NCBI GenBank assembly: GCA_000320545.1
Contig: ADNK01002594.1
Span: forward strand, 1-64,000
Direction: 5' to 3'
Origin: Bigelowiella natans CCMP2755
Lineage: Eukaryota > Protista > Cercozoa
DNA: 64,000 nt
The position numbers and the translations under genes are program-made. A model generated the notes under the pieces. It ran no database searches, was not told the DNA's origin, and worked only from the letters and a program-made list of their open reading frames with translations. Shown in pieces: positions 1-12,612 of this stretch (position 1 is its first letter; each line of letters opens with the position of its first letter).

Positions 1-42
1 CGAGCAGCAAAAGGGGGAGGAAGTAACACTTCTCCTTCTCCC

Positions 43-3000
43 ATGGGCATCGGCATTCCAGACAGGCCCCCATTACCAGCAAGCAGGCGAGGGTGGCTTC
101 GGCTTGCTCCCCCCCCCCCTCCCACCTTTCCTCCAGGTTATATCCCCCCCCCTCCTTCCTTCCAGCCACGACAAAGGGTCTCGACGTCTTCACCTTCACA
201 GGCTGTGAACAAATCGCGAGCAACGCTATTGAGATCTATCCGAAATGTGCGACGAATAGCCGCACTTCAACAGATAGGAGCACCACCACCACCACCACCA
301 CCACCACCACCACCCAGCGGTGGGGCTGTGCCCCCCCCCCTCCCTCCTCCTCCCTCCTCCTCCAAGCTGTCTCCCCCCCCCTCCTTCGCAGATCCAACCT
401 CGACGCCAAAGGGTATTGAGATCTTCACCCGTGAACTCGCGAGCAGCGCTACTGAGATCCATCCAAGATGGCAAACAATTACGACGAGTGCCCGCCCAAA
501 CAAACTCCTCAGGCAGTGCGTCTCAATCAAGCAGCTTATTACGTCAGATCATTGGGCGCAGGAGGCCCACACGAAGCCTACTCGAAAATGTCAGGCAGCG
601 GACATCGCGACGAGAAGGGAGAACCAGCCGCCAAAATGCTGCTGCTGCTACTGCTATTCATAATACTACTGCTGCCACGACGACGGAACGAAGGCCGTTT
701 TTCCGTGCGCGTCATCGTCTAAGGAACAACCGCAACCCAAGAACTACTGCGGGGGTACTTTCCTCTCAAGCCAACAACACAACTACTACTAATGCGGATA
801 GGAAAATCCAAAGAAGGTTCAACCTTTCGCGGAGTCTTGCAAATTCGCTTTCGAGACGTCAGAGGGGAAGGAAGGGAATCAAGAAGAGAGCAGCTCGCAA
901 TACTACTACCTCCGTCAATGCAGCAGAGGCAAAGATCCCTCCCTCACCGCCGCCACTATCTTCTTCCGTCAAGGAGAGCATCATCCCCCAGTACGACATC
1001 GATTCTAAGTGGCAGTGCTACAACTGTAAGAGCTGGAATCCTGGCGGGGAAAGTGTGATGGACTGTGTGAAGTGCCACGCTCTTCGATATTGCTCGCAAG
1101 GCCAGGACTCCTACGTATCCATCGAGCAGAAGAGAATGGCGACGAGAAAATGCGTCGTGACGCAATTCCTCTGTACACCTGCCCACTGTGCCCGTTGTTA
1201 TCTGAAAGGGCCTCTTAAGGTCCTGCTCCCAGAACGATGCCATCGTGGGACGATATCCCCCGGTCTTAACTGCGCACTTTGTGGAAGCATTGGCGCTTGC
1301 GATCTATGTGGCGGATGCATCCTCCACGGATCATGTCCCCATCATGAAGTCAAGATCGATAAGAATGAACAGCGGGCGGAAACGACGACGACGACGGCCA
1401 CGATGCCCCCCCCCCTCACCACCTCTGCCACCACCACAACTCCCATCATCCAGTCTCCAGGGACCGCCATGCTATGTTGGCTCAAGGCGGGCTATGAGCA
1501 CGAGGTGGTGGATACGCACTTCGGTTTGAAGCAAAGGATGATGCATGAGGTGCTCTAATAAGGTGGGGCAGTTCTTCGCAGTTAAGACCATTAATGAGGG
1601 GGTGGGGAGAAAGAGGAGAGGGGATGACGCCCGCTATCACCCCCATCCATATGCTTACGACGTGCAGCTTCAAAGGGGGAGGGTAAGTGCCAAGGACTGG
1701 GGGCGATGTCCCATAACAGGTAGAATCTTAGCGCCCAGTGACACAGCCTGGATCCCAATACGGAGGAGCAGCAGCAGCCAAGGGGAAGACTATCATAATC
1801 TCTGTATTGCCCACAGTTCTGAGCCCTACTGGAATGCAAGTGCACCTGTCGTGCTAGTCCGTGGGGACTTCCTCACTCTGGAAAAAGATGCTAACAGACT
1901 GCGAAATGCGTGGATGCAGGTCTCCAAGCAGCGCCAGATCGGCATTACGAAAACCATTGCACCTCTATCTCTGTCCGCCATGCTCGCTCGCAAATCTCGT
2001 AAGCTTCTGGCCAAGGAGAAGGCTCTTGGAGCGATGACGCGATTTGCACGTTGCCGTCGGTGCGGTACCACCGACACTGTCTTCCGCCTCGCGACTACAC
2101 CTTGCCACAAGTTGCTTCCACAAGAAAGGAAAGAAATGTGGAGGAGTTTGAGGAGAGCAAAACCTCACCCTCTCTTGCCTTGTCTGCGGTAGATTTACGG
2201 CAAAGGCGTGTTGTAGAAGATGTGACGAGCATGTGGAAGGCACAGCATGCGCTATTCCTCACGACCTTTGCCCAGCTGAGCTCATATCCATCGGTGTTTC
2301 TCCACTGCAGGAAGTTGATGGTGAGAAAAAGGAGGAGGAGGCGAAGAAGGAGGAAAAGATACCAGCCCCTCCAACGACGTTACCACCCCCTCCAGCCCTT
2401 GAGAGGAAAAAGTCAGTCTCTACAACATGGTCATGCTCCTACTGTACTCTCATCAACCCTTTGGGTGCCAAACAATGCCAGGCTTGCAGGCAAGTCAGGC
2501 CGCAAATATACACTGTACAGCATATGGAGGTGAAAGAGAAGAAGAGGAGGAGGAGACCAGGCTCGAGAGTTCCTTCTTTCCTTGAATTTGATCCTGGAAG
2601 TTTGGCCGTTTTTGACACGCCGCGTTTTCGCCAAAACAACGAGGAGCCTTCTCCTCCTCCTCCTTTTCTTCATTACTCCGCCACAATCGATAGTAGCGAT
2701 TCATCTTCTAGCGATTCATCTTCTGGCGATTCATCTTCTAGCGATTCATCTTCCGATTTATCTTCTCTCCCTGAACCCCCCTCTCCTATTTCTGGCCTCA
2801 TATCAGACATCTTACCTCCAACAGAAATGACGCTACCATCACAACCGCTGCTAGCTACTCCTCCCTCCTCCCCTTCCTTCTCCATGAGACTCGTGCCAGT
2901 AGCAGCAGTAGAGGGGAGTGGGAAAGAGAGCACCATCTCAAAGAGGAGGAGGTTCACGGCAGCGGCACTGCTTGCAATCACGGTTCGCCTACCAAAGGGC

Positions 3001-6000
3001 CTTCATATCCTCCGTATTTCAGCTGGTAAAGGAGAGAGAGGCAGCAGCAGCAGCAGCACCTCTTCCGTTTTCTCATCGACTCACCGCCTTAACATCTATA
3101 ATGATGGCGATGGTAGTGATGTCAAGGGGGGGGGGTTTAACAGGGAGAACATCCCTAGCCAGTCTTCTTCCTCCTCCTCTTCGCAGCGGACTGCATCCAA
3201 TAGACTAATAAGTCAAAAGATCAGCTTGCCTGCTCCCCTCTCCATTATTACCACTGGAACAGACGCAGCAGCAGCAGCAGCAGCAGGTGGCGCAGGAGAG
3301 GCAGGTATTAGAGGTAAGGCGGGCATCTGGCTGAGGGTAGATGTAGCTCACACTTCATCCTCCGCAGAAGAATGGATAGACACTCCAATAACAACAACAA
3401 CAACAACAACAACAACAGGAACAGCGACCCAACATCGTAGAGCGTCTACGACTAGCCTAAACTGTGGCGACCGAGATATCTCAATACAGTGTGAGGCATC
3501 TGGCCTCGCTCAGGCACTCGTTGCCTCTCTTGAGTTTGCAACGGTTGCGGGGAGACCGAAGAAGGATGTCAAGGAAAATGATAATGGCAGAATAATGACA
3601 GCGACGACGACAGGAGCAAAAACTATCAAGCCAGCCACTGAGCAGTCCCAGTATGTAAATGTTATACCGATTGAAGGTGATGGAAATGATGATGATAATG
3701 ATGATGTTTCGGTGGCGAGGAGGCTTCCTGAGCTAGCTCCAATCAACTTCTGGAAGTTTCATAACCGCAAACCATACACTTTGAACGTTGTATATACTGC
3801 TGATGATGTAGCATCCTTGTCATCGCCATCAAGACCACTTTCCGCACTGTTCCTCCCCGAACAACCAGCTGAATATCACGCGAAGATGCTGCTGTCTACA
3901 ACGACGACGGTGACAACATTAACGGGGGAGGAGGAGGAGGAGGAGGAGGTAAAAAATAAGAACAAAGAGGGGAAGGAAGCAGCGGAGGACTATGTACTCA
4001 TAAAGCTTATGAAGCCACTGGCACTGTCAAAAGCAAATCAAAAGGTCGGAGAAGGATCATTGCTATCGTACGCGCCAAAGCCAATAGCAAACCAAAAAGC
4101 AAACCAAAAGGTTGGAAAAGGATCCTTGCTATCGTCAAATCACCTTCTCCTGCCCCCTTCACCGCCTCAACCACAATTCGGTCTAGTTCTTCGGAGCTCC
4201 ATCGAGGAGGGCATTCACGATAGTAGTAGTTGTAGTAATAGTAATAGTGAAAAGAAGGACAGCAACAAAGCCAACAATACCGCGAGAATTCTCCGCGAAG
4301 CCGAGCTTACAGCGATTGTTGAATGCGCGCAGGCACTGAGGACGCGTACGGCGCACATACTAGCACGCCAGAAGCATATTGCCGTGGTCTCTAGGGTGAA
4401 ACAACTCCAGCTAGCACAAACTGTGCCATTCTTCAAAAATCCAGTCTCGGAAGGCTATGGAAATTTACCCGGATATGTGTCCACCAAGGCGCATTGGCGG
4501 AACATTGGACACCAAGCAGACTACATCGATTTTCGCGTTGAAGCGATAAGTGTGGGTGAGCAGTCTACCCCAGTTATGCTCGGCGGCTGCTACGTCTTTA
4601 TGGCTGCTCGCTGGGGTAGTATTTCTTGCAAGCTGGAAGTTTTTGAGTATGCAAAGATTTCTAAGAGCAAGAGCAAGAACAAAATGTTAGGCGCGAAGCC
4701 CCTTGCAAAGGCAGTCGTCAACGCAGAGTACAGCGCCTACATCCAAAAAGCAATTGTAGGAAAACGACGAGGAATGAGTGTCAAAGCACTGCCTGTTATG
4801 TTCGAAACTCCGCCTCAGCTCAGGCGAGGTGCTTGGTATACGATACGCGTCTCTGCGAATATGGGCAACACACACTCAGGAGAAAATATGCCTGAGTATG
4901 CTATGTGCGAGTTTGAGGGAGGCGGAGAGCAGCATCGGTATATTGAGCTCAAGTTTCGCACGTCCAAAGTTGGTGGTGGTTGCTCCTCGATGAGGATAGG
5001 ACAGATCCCCGCGCTCATCCTATATACGCCTGGTGTCAGGCCGAAGCCAACGCCTCTTTCCAACCTGCTTCTCTTACCTGCACCAAGTACCTCTTCTTGT
5101 GCGTCGATAAAGGCAGGTGATTTCATCAAGTCTACAAAAATCTACCCTGATCCCAGTGTGCTTCCCTCCTCGAACAACTATGGAGAAGCCGATGATGATG
5201 GCGATGATGATGGCAAAGGGGAAGGGAAGACCGGTAGGAACATAAGGGGAAAAGCAGGGAGGAGGGCAGCAGAGGGAAAAGGAGGTGATAGGCTTGAAGC
5301 TTCGCTATTGCCGTCGCTTGGAGAAGGATCTATTCTCTTTGTGGACGAGGTCCTTTGCACAGCCAACTATGAGGAGCATACCTCCTCCTCCTCCTCCTCC
5401 TCCTCCTCCTCCTTCCCCCCCTCTACCTATGTAAAAGCCAGGTTGGTCAGCTGCAAGAGCAATCGCCACAATACTTCCCGACAAGAGTCTCAGATGCGAG
5501 CTGAGATTTGGAAGGGTTATGATACCGAAGGACCAGGAGCTCCTTCCTTGTATTACGGCATCTCTAAATGCGGATTCGTGCGGGTAGATCCCTCATCGCA
5601 CTCGGGAAAACAGCTCAAGACTAAATGGGAGACTGCGGAAAAGGAACTAGCACAGCGCTTCACAGAGAGGCAACGTGCGCGCGTGCGACGTGCAGCAAGG
5701 AGGATGTCACGTTCCCGCTCAAGATCTGGGGCGGAGGAAGAAGGTGATGAAAAGGACATGAAACAGGTAAAGGGAGGAGAGAATGGCGCACGCTCTCGGT
5801 CACGGAAAGGTAGAAGAAGGAGAAGTAGCGTGGGTAGCCGCGTGCGCAGCGTATCCAAGGGAAGAGGCGAAGAGAATGACGAGGAGGAATTCGAATACAA
5901 TTGGCAATGCGGCGTGTGCTTAAACATTAACAAATTTGATCCTGCCTGCGAGGACGCGAGGAAGATGTCTTGTGAGCTCTGCAGTACCCCTGGTGTTGTG

Positions 6001-6813
6001 AACGTCCCCAAGGAACTTGAAGGGGGAGGCAATTCGAATGAGAAGGTGGGAGAACTTGATGCCCTTATCGATACAGACGATGAAGCAGTTGAAGGAGAAA
6101 TGCTAGAAGATGAGGCTCTGGAGAGTGAAATAAAAAGTTTGAGAGAGGAGACAAAAGAAGGAACCGCAGGTTTAGGACTCGAGGAGGATGAGCTCACTGG
6201 GCTTTATTTCCACTGCCAAGCGAAAGGATGTGAAACGGTGACATGCCTGAGATGTCTCAAGATGGTTCCGACCAATTCTGTCCTCCGCCACGACTGCGAC
6301 GGGGAATTGCGGTCTTTAACCGTGTACAAGGAAATTGTGAACGTTCTCAACGATGCTGCTTCTCAGGAGTGCAAGAAATGCAAGCATCTCGGAATAAAGG
6401 ATCTAGCATGCACCCACATCACTTGTACCTGTGGTGCCAAGTGGTGCTACTTATGTGGCATGTTAAAACCAAGAGGTGGGTTCGGAAAACACAACCAATG
6501 GAAAGAGAATGGGAAAAAGAAGGTAGGTCACTGCCCCATGTACCTCAAGGACATGTATGGAGGCCAACCTAAATTCGCGTTGAAGATGTTCCACATGCAT
6601 AAGCAGTTAGTGGCAGTGACGAAGTACCTAAAGGAGAGGGCCTGTGAGGGCTCCTTGGAGAGAGAATTGTTCAGAGACTGTTTGAAAGAATTCTTCCCAG
6701 GTGGGATAATTCCGCACAGTGAGATGGAATTGATGGTGAAGTTTCGCGACAAGAAGATACACAAAGAGGATGAAGATTGGTGGTTTGATGACCCCAGAGA
6801 ATGGCACTGCTAA
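43..6813 (+). CDS. Large intronless, frame-disrupted gene: poly-Pro/WH2 N-terminus, RanBP2-type Zn fingers, PHR domain, C-terminal IBR-half + RING2 (Rcat) RBR-type E3 ligase module
   Basis: Four overlapping ORFs (43-663, 320-1558, 1545-2192, 2152/2233-6813), each joined to the next by a +1 shift. Motifs: WH2-like SRAALLRSIQDGKQLRRV (437-490); W-x-C-x2-C-x3-N...C-x2-C fingers at ~1010, ~2428 and ~5902; PHR-like DYIDFRVE...PVMFETPPQLRRGAWYTI...IGQIPALILY (~4490-5026); FHCQAKGCETVTCLRC...RHDC then CKKCKHLGIKDLACTHITCTCGAKWCYLCG (6208-6459). The 5' start may lie outside the window. Confidence 0.75.
4030..4135 (+). repeat. In-frame internal duplication (KANQKVGEGSLLS / KANQKVGKGSLLS)
   Basis: aaagcaaatcaaaaggtcggagaaggatcattgctatcgt (4030-4069) vs aaagcaaaccaaaaggttggaaaaggatccttgctatcgt (4096-4135). 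Confidence 0.85.
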
Positions 6814-6860
6814 AAAGGTAAGAGAAGAAAAATTACGAACTTGCGCAGGATCATGCAGTA

Positions 6861-7581
6861 CAACTGAAAGTTGCTGATCATGTGTTTGGATGAGGACGAC
6901 ACAAGATGCAGTTCGTTTTCGTGTTCGTGCGCTTGTGTGCACAATTCTAGAAGTTCAACGCACATCAACATGCTAGCATGCACAACACCAATCTAGCAAT
7001 GTGTTGCATGCGCTTGCTAGCTTGACAGACTAGCAGATCAACACATGCTAGCATGTTGCCGTGTCATGCTAGCATGCACCTACTGCTAACCTGCAGTGTG
7101 CGTGCAGTGTGGAACGCAACACTTCCGTGGACGTGCCATTTTGTTGCTGATGTTGCGCAACATTGTCAAGCAGTGACAGCGCAAAGAAACATGCATGATG
7201 ATCGTGACACGATCGTGTCGCATCGCGCCGCGTGCACATTTCTGGATTTCATGGAATGCCTGACACGTGCTAGCGTGTCGTGTGTTCACTCTGCTGGCTA
7301 GCTGGACGTCTAGCTAGCTAGGCGTGCCAGCGTGGGCGTGTTGGCGACACATGGCTTCCATGAACAGGTGAACAGATGAACAAGTGAAGCCATTCCAATC
7401 TGCAGCTGATCGAAAGGATCACAAGAGGTTCTAACGTGCCCTTTCTCCAAGCAACAAGATCACCCAGGAAAACGAAGGGATTCTTGAGGTTTGCGAACAT
7501 TGAACATTGAGCCATTGAAAGAAGCATTGCTAGATTGATTGATGCAAACTGCATGCGAACAATCGCCTCTGACATGACTGG
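6861..7581. other. TpA-depleted, CTAG/CATG/TGCA-rich intergenic tract
   Basis: By manual count, 16 TA dinucleotides in ~720 bp: 13 CTAG, 2 CTAA, 1 CTAC, and none with a non-C 5' neighbour. Confidence 0.9.
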
Positions 7582-8204
7582 TTAAGTCACCTACGAAGGC
7601 GTGCCCGACTTCAGAAACTTAGCATTTAGATCAAGTTTCATCGATGAAATCACTGAAAAGTATTTCGTGTACCTAACAAAAATTGTGATTGAATTTCGTC
7701 GGGGTAACATCTTAACTGATAAGAAAACATCCGGCAACATCAGACTCCGATTGAAAGAGGAGGAACCCCCAACCCTAGAATTTTCATTGTGCATCCGAAA
7801 CGGATCTGAGTCCTCATCTAAAAGTATGGCTGACGCTGGGCTGCAAATTAAGGTTTCCTTTTCTCGCGCATACTGTGAAGCATCCGTGCGCATTCATGCG
7901 TTAGAACAAACAGAATAGAAGGCGGTGTCGTTTTCAAATTGCGAGGAATAGTCGATAGCTCTCCCGGAGAGTGTTACCCCCCCTTTATTTCTGCAATGAC
8001 GCCCTATTTTCCCCCACCTTCTCGGTGTAGAATCTAGACCTGACAACTACCTTCGCAAACAACAGGTCGATATCTTAAGCAGCGAGGAGAAATGCTCAAA
8101 GGCCCTTGCTGGCAATATTTTGAAGGTCAACAACAGCAGCATAGCAGCAGTGTGTGACTATACACATATACGAGCATGTACAAATAATTTCCTTTGGTAG
8201 TATC

Positions 8205-8260
<56 letters not shown>

Positions 8261-9730
8261 TGTGTGTGTGGAAAACCGTGCTTCGCCCCACTTCCATATT
8301 TGTTCATCATCTTGATTTGAGGCATCATATCCCTTATTTTTATGTTTGCTTCCTTACATGTACAACAGGCTCATAGTGGGGACATTGAGAAGGCCAGGGT
8401 AAGCAGGAAGGGAAAGAGGATAATATCATAGCTAGAGATTACTGCCATCCATTACTCGTGGAATTTGATGAAGCAAAAAGCCGATACGCATCCATCTTCG
8501 CGCAAGCAGCTCTTATTATATATCAGTGAATAAAATCAACCTTCATTGTATTCTTATTTTAACGTGGAAAAATCTTTTGAAGGCGTGGATGAAAGACCCT
8601 AAGAACAAAGAGAAAGGTGCACAAAAGAATATCAGAAGACATCTTTTTTTCGGAAAATAGAGTGAATCATTCAAAAGAATGATATTCTCCGCGAATCTAA
8701 AGCAGCACTGCACAATAGAAGCCATAGCAATTTACTTTTATTGTGACTAGAGCTGAATATAGTTGTTTGGTGTTGAGACAGAAGCCATACAGTAAGGAGA
8801 ATATGAAAGGCCAAATAACAAATAATGATTGCAATATAATGACGATAAAGAGTACCCATTGCTCCATATTATTTGCTAATTGTTCTTCTGATTATGGCTC
8901 AGTCGCCGCGCTGAAACGTGTGCTGCTCGACATCGGTATGCAATGAAGAACCATCACGAATGATATCAATGAATACTTCTAATTTGTGGATGTGAAGAAG
9001 AAAGTACTCCTGCCTCATTATGCCCCCCCCCCCCCCCCCCCCCTTCGTTTTTTTGTTTTGGTAATCAGGACCATCAATTGCGGAGAAATTAAAAAAGCTG
9101 AAAGGAGGGTAGACAAAGAAATTACGGGAAGCTTTCCCACATTAATAAGGGTGTGAATAGGTGGTGAATAGGGGGGCAGCGGCATATATCTATCTCGCGC
9201 AGATGTAGTAACTTCCTTTCTTTGTGATGGTTTTTTTGTTACCGTTTGAGTACGCGCTTTAACTTGAATTTTTGAATTAGTTGGAGATATTACGATGAAT
9301 AGTACCGTTGATAACATCGTCCTCAATAACAGGATGGTAGCAGCTGCTGCAAAGAAAAGCTCGTCATCGAAACCGTCTTCCTCGCCTACTCCTAGCCAAA
9401 CAGTACACAGACACACTCACAAACAGCCATGAGAACCACAATACATATTACCCAAGTACATCCAATATCATCCTCCGATAACTGTCAAAAAGAGTTGAGA
9501 TTGAATCGAATCTAATCCAACATTCATTACGCGGTGGAAGCTGTGCGAAATAAATACATGTGAACAATTATTGTACGCACACACGTACATTCCTTTTAAA
9601 TGCAAACACGTGTGTGTTTGAGAAAGAGAAAGAGAGAGTCAGAGTTTACACTTACTTAAAAGTTATTCATTCATATATTGATATGATGCTTACACGTACT
9701 TCTTTTTGCTCAAAGTCCGTAGTCCCTCCA

Positions 9731-9856
9731 GGCGCTATAACCCGGGATGGCCGGTTGCGTATGAGTGGGAGCTGTGTTAAGTACAACACCAAGAAAGGTA
9801 GGTAGGTAGGTAGCGTGCCTTCCATATGTGTTGTTCGGATAGCAATAGGGATGATA

Positions 9857-9888
<32 letters not shown>

Positions 9889-10074
9889 GAAGAAGACGAA
9901 AGCAGATATGGTGATGTCATTGTATAATTACACGCATTTGCTGATATCTTTACGGTGTGCGACTAAAAATTTATGGGGATCTTTCACACAATAGCGTGCG
10001 TGTGTGTGTGTGTGTGTGTGTGTGTTTGATGTGTGTGTGTGTGTGTCATATATTCTGATGACACTATTCTCTCC

Positions 10075-10117
<43 letters not shown>

Positions 10118-10118
10118 T

Positions 10119-10152
<34 letters not shown>

Positions 10153-10496
10153 GGCAAACACGGCAACTTACACCCTATCAGGATGGGGATTTATAAAACC
10201 AAAAGGGGGCGGAAAGGACATATTCGTCCACCAGGGAAGTATAAAGGTAGGAAAAGAGCAGGAGGAGGAGGAGAAGAAAGGAACACTTAATCTTTGATAT
10301 TTTGTGTTGATTTCCATGCTTCTTCCCCCCTTATCCATCTTTCAAGCGTCTATTCGAATGAGTGTACTTCTTCAGGGCCGTTGTTAGTTATGTCATTCTC
10401 TTTACCTGCTTCCTCGATGGTGCTGAGTAGGTCAAGGGCTGGCGAAGTCTCTTAGTTGGCGAGGAAGTGGAGTTTGAAGTTGTGGACAAGGATGGG

Positions 10497-10533
<37 letters not shown>

Positions 10534-11676
10534 AGTGTTGTTATAGATTACGTGAGGTTAAGACATATATCAGAATGAGAAGCTCAACGAGTAGTTGGGA
10601 TGGACTTTCTTCCTGGCTTTGCTGTACGTAATCATCCATCTATTGCTATAAATTGACAGGAGAACGGAAGCTGTCAATGTAACAGGGCCTGGAGGTTGTA
10701 GACATTGCTGTTTTGCTTTGATCCCATCTTGGTCTTTCGTCTTAACTCGTTGCGTCGAGATACACAACTCTCCAGGTCATCTAAGATGATTATTTCCTGC
10801 TTCTCCTCCTCCTCCTCCTCCTTCTCCTCTAATAAAAACAGGGAAGGATGTCGTAGGCTCTAAGAAGCCAGAAGAAGGTAGTGACGTTCGACGTTCCTTC
10901 CTCTACTGGAAGGAGTAGAAAGGGTCTCATACTCATCTTTCTTCCAATAAATCGTGTCAAAAGAACATATTCACCCGCACTTGATCAATGAGTCCGTAAA
11001 CAAGAGCAATGTCCTTCTCTTTCTCTGTCGTTCTCTTTGGCAGAAAAAGTGGATGATGGAATTGTGACCGCGAAGGAGATCGATACCAAAAAGCTGGTCA
11101 AAGACGATTTACTTGCCGAATTATGTGTCCTTACCGCTGTGTTTGTACCTCCTCCTCTACACACGCATTATTTGTTTTTTGTATAGTTATCGATATTGAC
11201 TTTATTGAAGTAATGAGAAGAATCATCGTCATTATCGTAGTCGTTTTCATGTAAATATTGCCATCATCATCATCATCATCCAGCCTGCAGCTACGATGTT
11301 CATTCCTCGCGGGATGATGAAGAGAAGACCTCAACCTGGGGGAAAGAAGGCAGGTAGTAGCAATACATGTGGTATGATACTGCAACTGCTGCTGCTGTAA
11401 AAACGAGAGCGTTTTGTCGGAATGACACGCCCAAAAGCTGCGAGGAAAAATCAATTCTTTTCTCTTTGGCATTTATTCTATGATTATTCGTACAATTAAC
11501 TTCGAACACAAAATTCTTCTCAATAGATCCTGAAAGTCTACCTAAAATGCCACAGTATCCTTCCAACAATTGATATCAGAATTAAAACATCATCATCACC
11601 ACTTGGTAGGATGGATTCGGCCTGGGATGAAGAAGAAAACAGCGTTGGCAGCGACGACAACAACGACGACAGGTGA
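9731..11676 (+). CDS. Cold-shock domain (CSD/Y-box/Lin28-like) protein, multi-exon; 5' exons probably extend upstream (~8.0-9.4 kb)
   Basis: Spliced GT-AG exons give SGSCVKYNTKKG|WGFIKPKGGGKDIFVHQGSIK|VKGWRSLLVGEEVEFEVVDKDG|RTEAVNVTGPGG|KDVVGSKK, with the RNP1/RNP2-like KGWGFI and DIFVH motifs. The 3' end is either 11573 or 11676. Confidence 0.85.
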
Positions 11677-12612
11677 TGATGAGAAAGCAAAAGGATTTTG
11701 ACATGAGCAACCCTGGCTACAACCACGAATAATACAAACACCACTTTTCGCACAACAAATATGTAGGTGGGACTTCATCAGTGACAAGTAGTGGTGCTCA
11801 GCCGAGCGCAAAGAGGCAGAAGAAGAATCGTTGGGGTTAGCGAGGTGGTTGCCATATCAGAATCCGGCCCGTCGAAGTAGATAGACATTGTGTACACGAA
11901 GCGACGGGTGGTTCGCATCCATTAGTTGCAATTGCATCCAGCCCATGAACTTGTGCCATAAAATGCAGCAGGTTTTCAATTCTTGCCAGGGCCATGTTTG
12001 CACAACATGCTTTGTATGCTACATGCCTCGCGCACGCACATGCAACTCTCTTTTGTCAACCACATCTGTAAGACGGATGTAATTAAGCATGATCAATTAA
12101 ATTTGTTCAATGGTCATCCTTACATCTGTAGCATATATGTCTGGATATATTCATCAAAATAACGTGGCTATAGTCTACTCTAGTACTGGAGTATGTGCAC
12201 CGTTACGCAGAAGCACTGTGTCTGACTATCCATCGATGCATTGGGATCAATGCTTCTAGCTAGCTAGGCGTGTATACATCTCTAGATCTAGAGATCTATA
12301 GACTTCTAGACATGTACACATCACAATAATGAAATCCGCACATTGTTTAGCTACATGTGTGGACCTTCATTGATGTGCATATCATGTGCTGTCCTTAATG
12401 TCCACATGAAATTTGATGAACGGAGCCCTTGCGCAATGCTAGAGTGGGAGATACGTACAGGCAGATAAAGCAATTACTAGAATTGGACGTGCAGAAGATG
12501 CAGCCATGCGCTACTAGTATGTATAATATCAGCTCTCAGAAGTTACACAGCATGTGTAACATTTTGATCAGTCCAACTATATTTACATACGATGGACATT
12601 ATTGAATGCACA

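Noticed and set aside
1527-2151. In-frame TGA codons near Cys-rich segments (possible selenocysteine or TGA reassignment)
   Set aside because: TGA terminates clear genes here (RAD6 48403-48405, the LRR protein and the DEP protein). Frame changes explain the region without recoding, and no SECIS could be verified.
7053-7575. Several ORFs on both strands within the TA-depleted tract
   Set aside because: Loss of TA removes most TAA/TAG stops, so open frames are expected. The products are His/Cys/Met-rich with no recognisable motif.
8430-8730. Possible CID-domain exons (RKQLLLYI…NDILRESK) or an AT-AC intron upstream of the CSD exons
   Set aside because: No phase-consistent splice join could be built and there is no convincing U12 donor.
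11555-11610. GTATCCTT resembling a U12 5' splice site
   Set aside because: No U12 branch-point motif downstream, and the sequence also reads as coding up to a stop at 11573.
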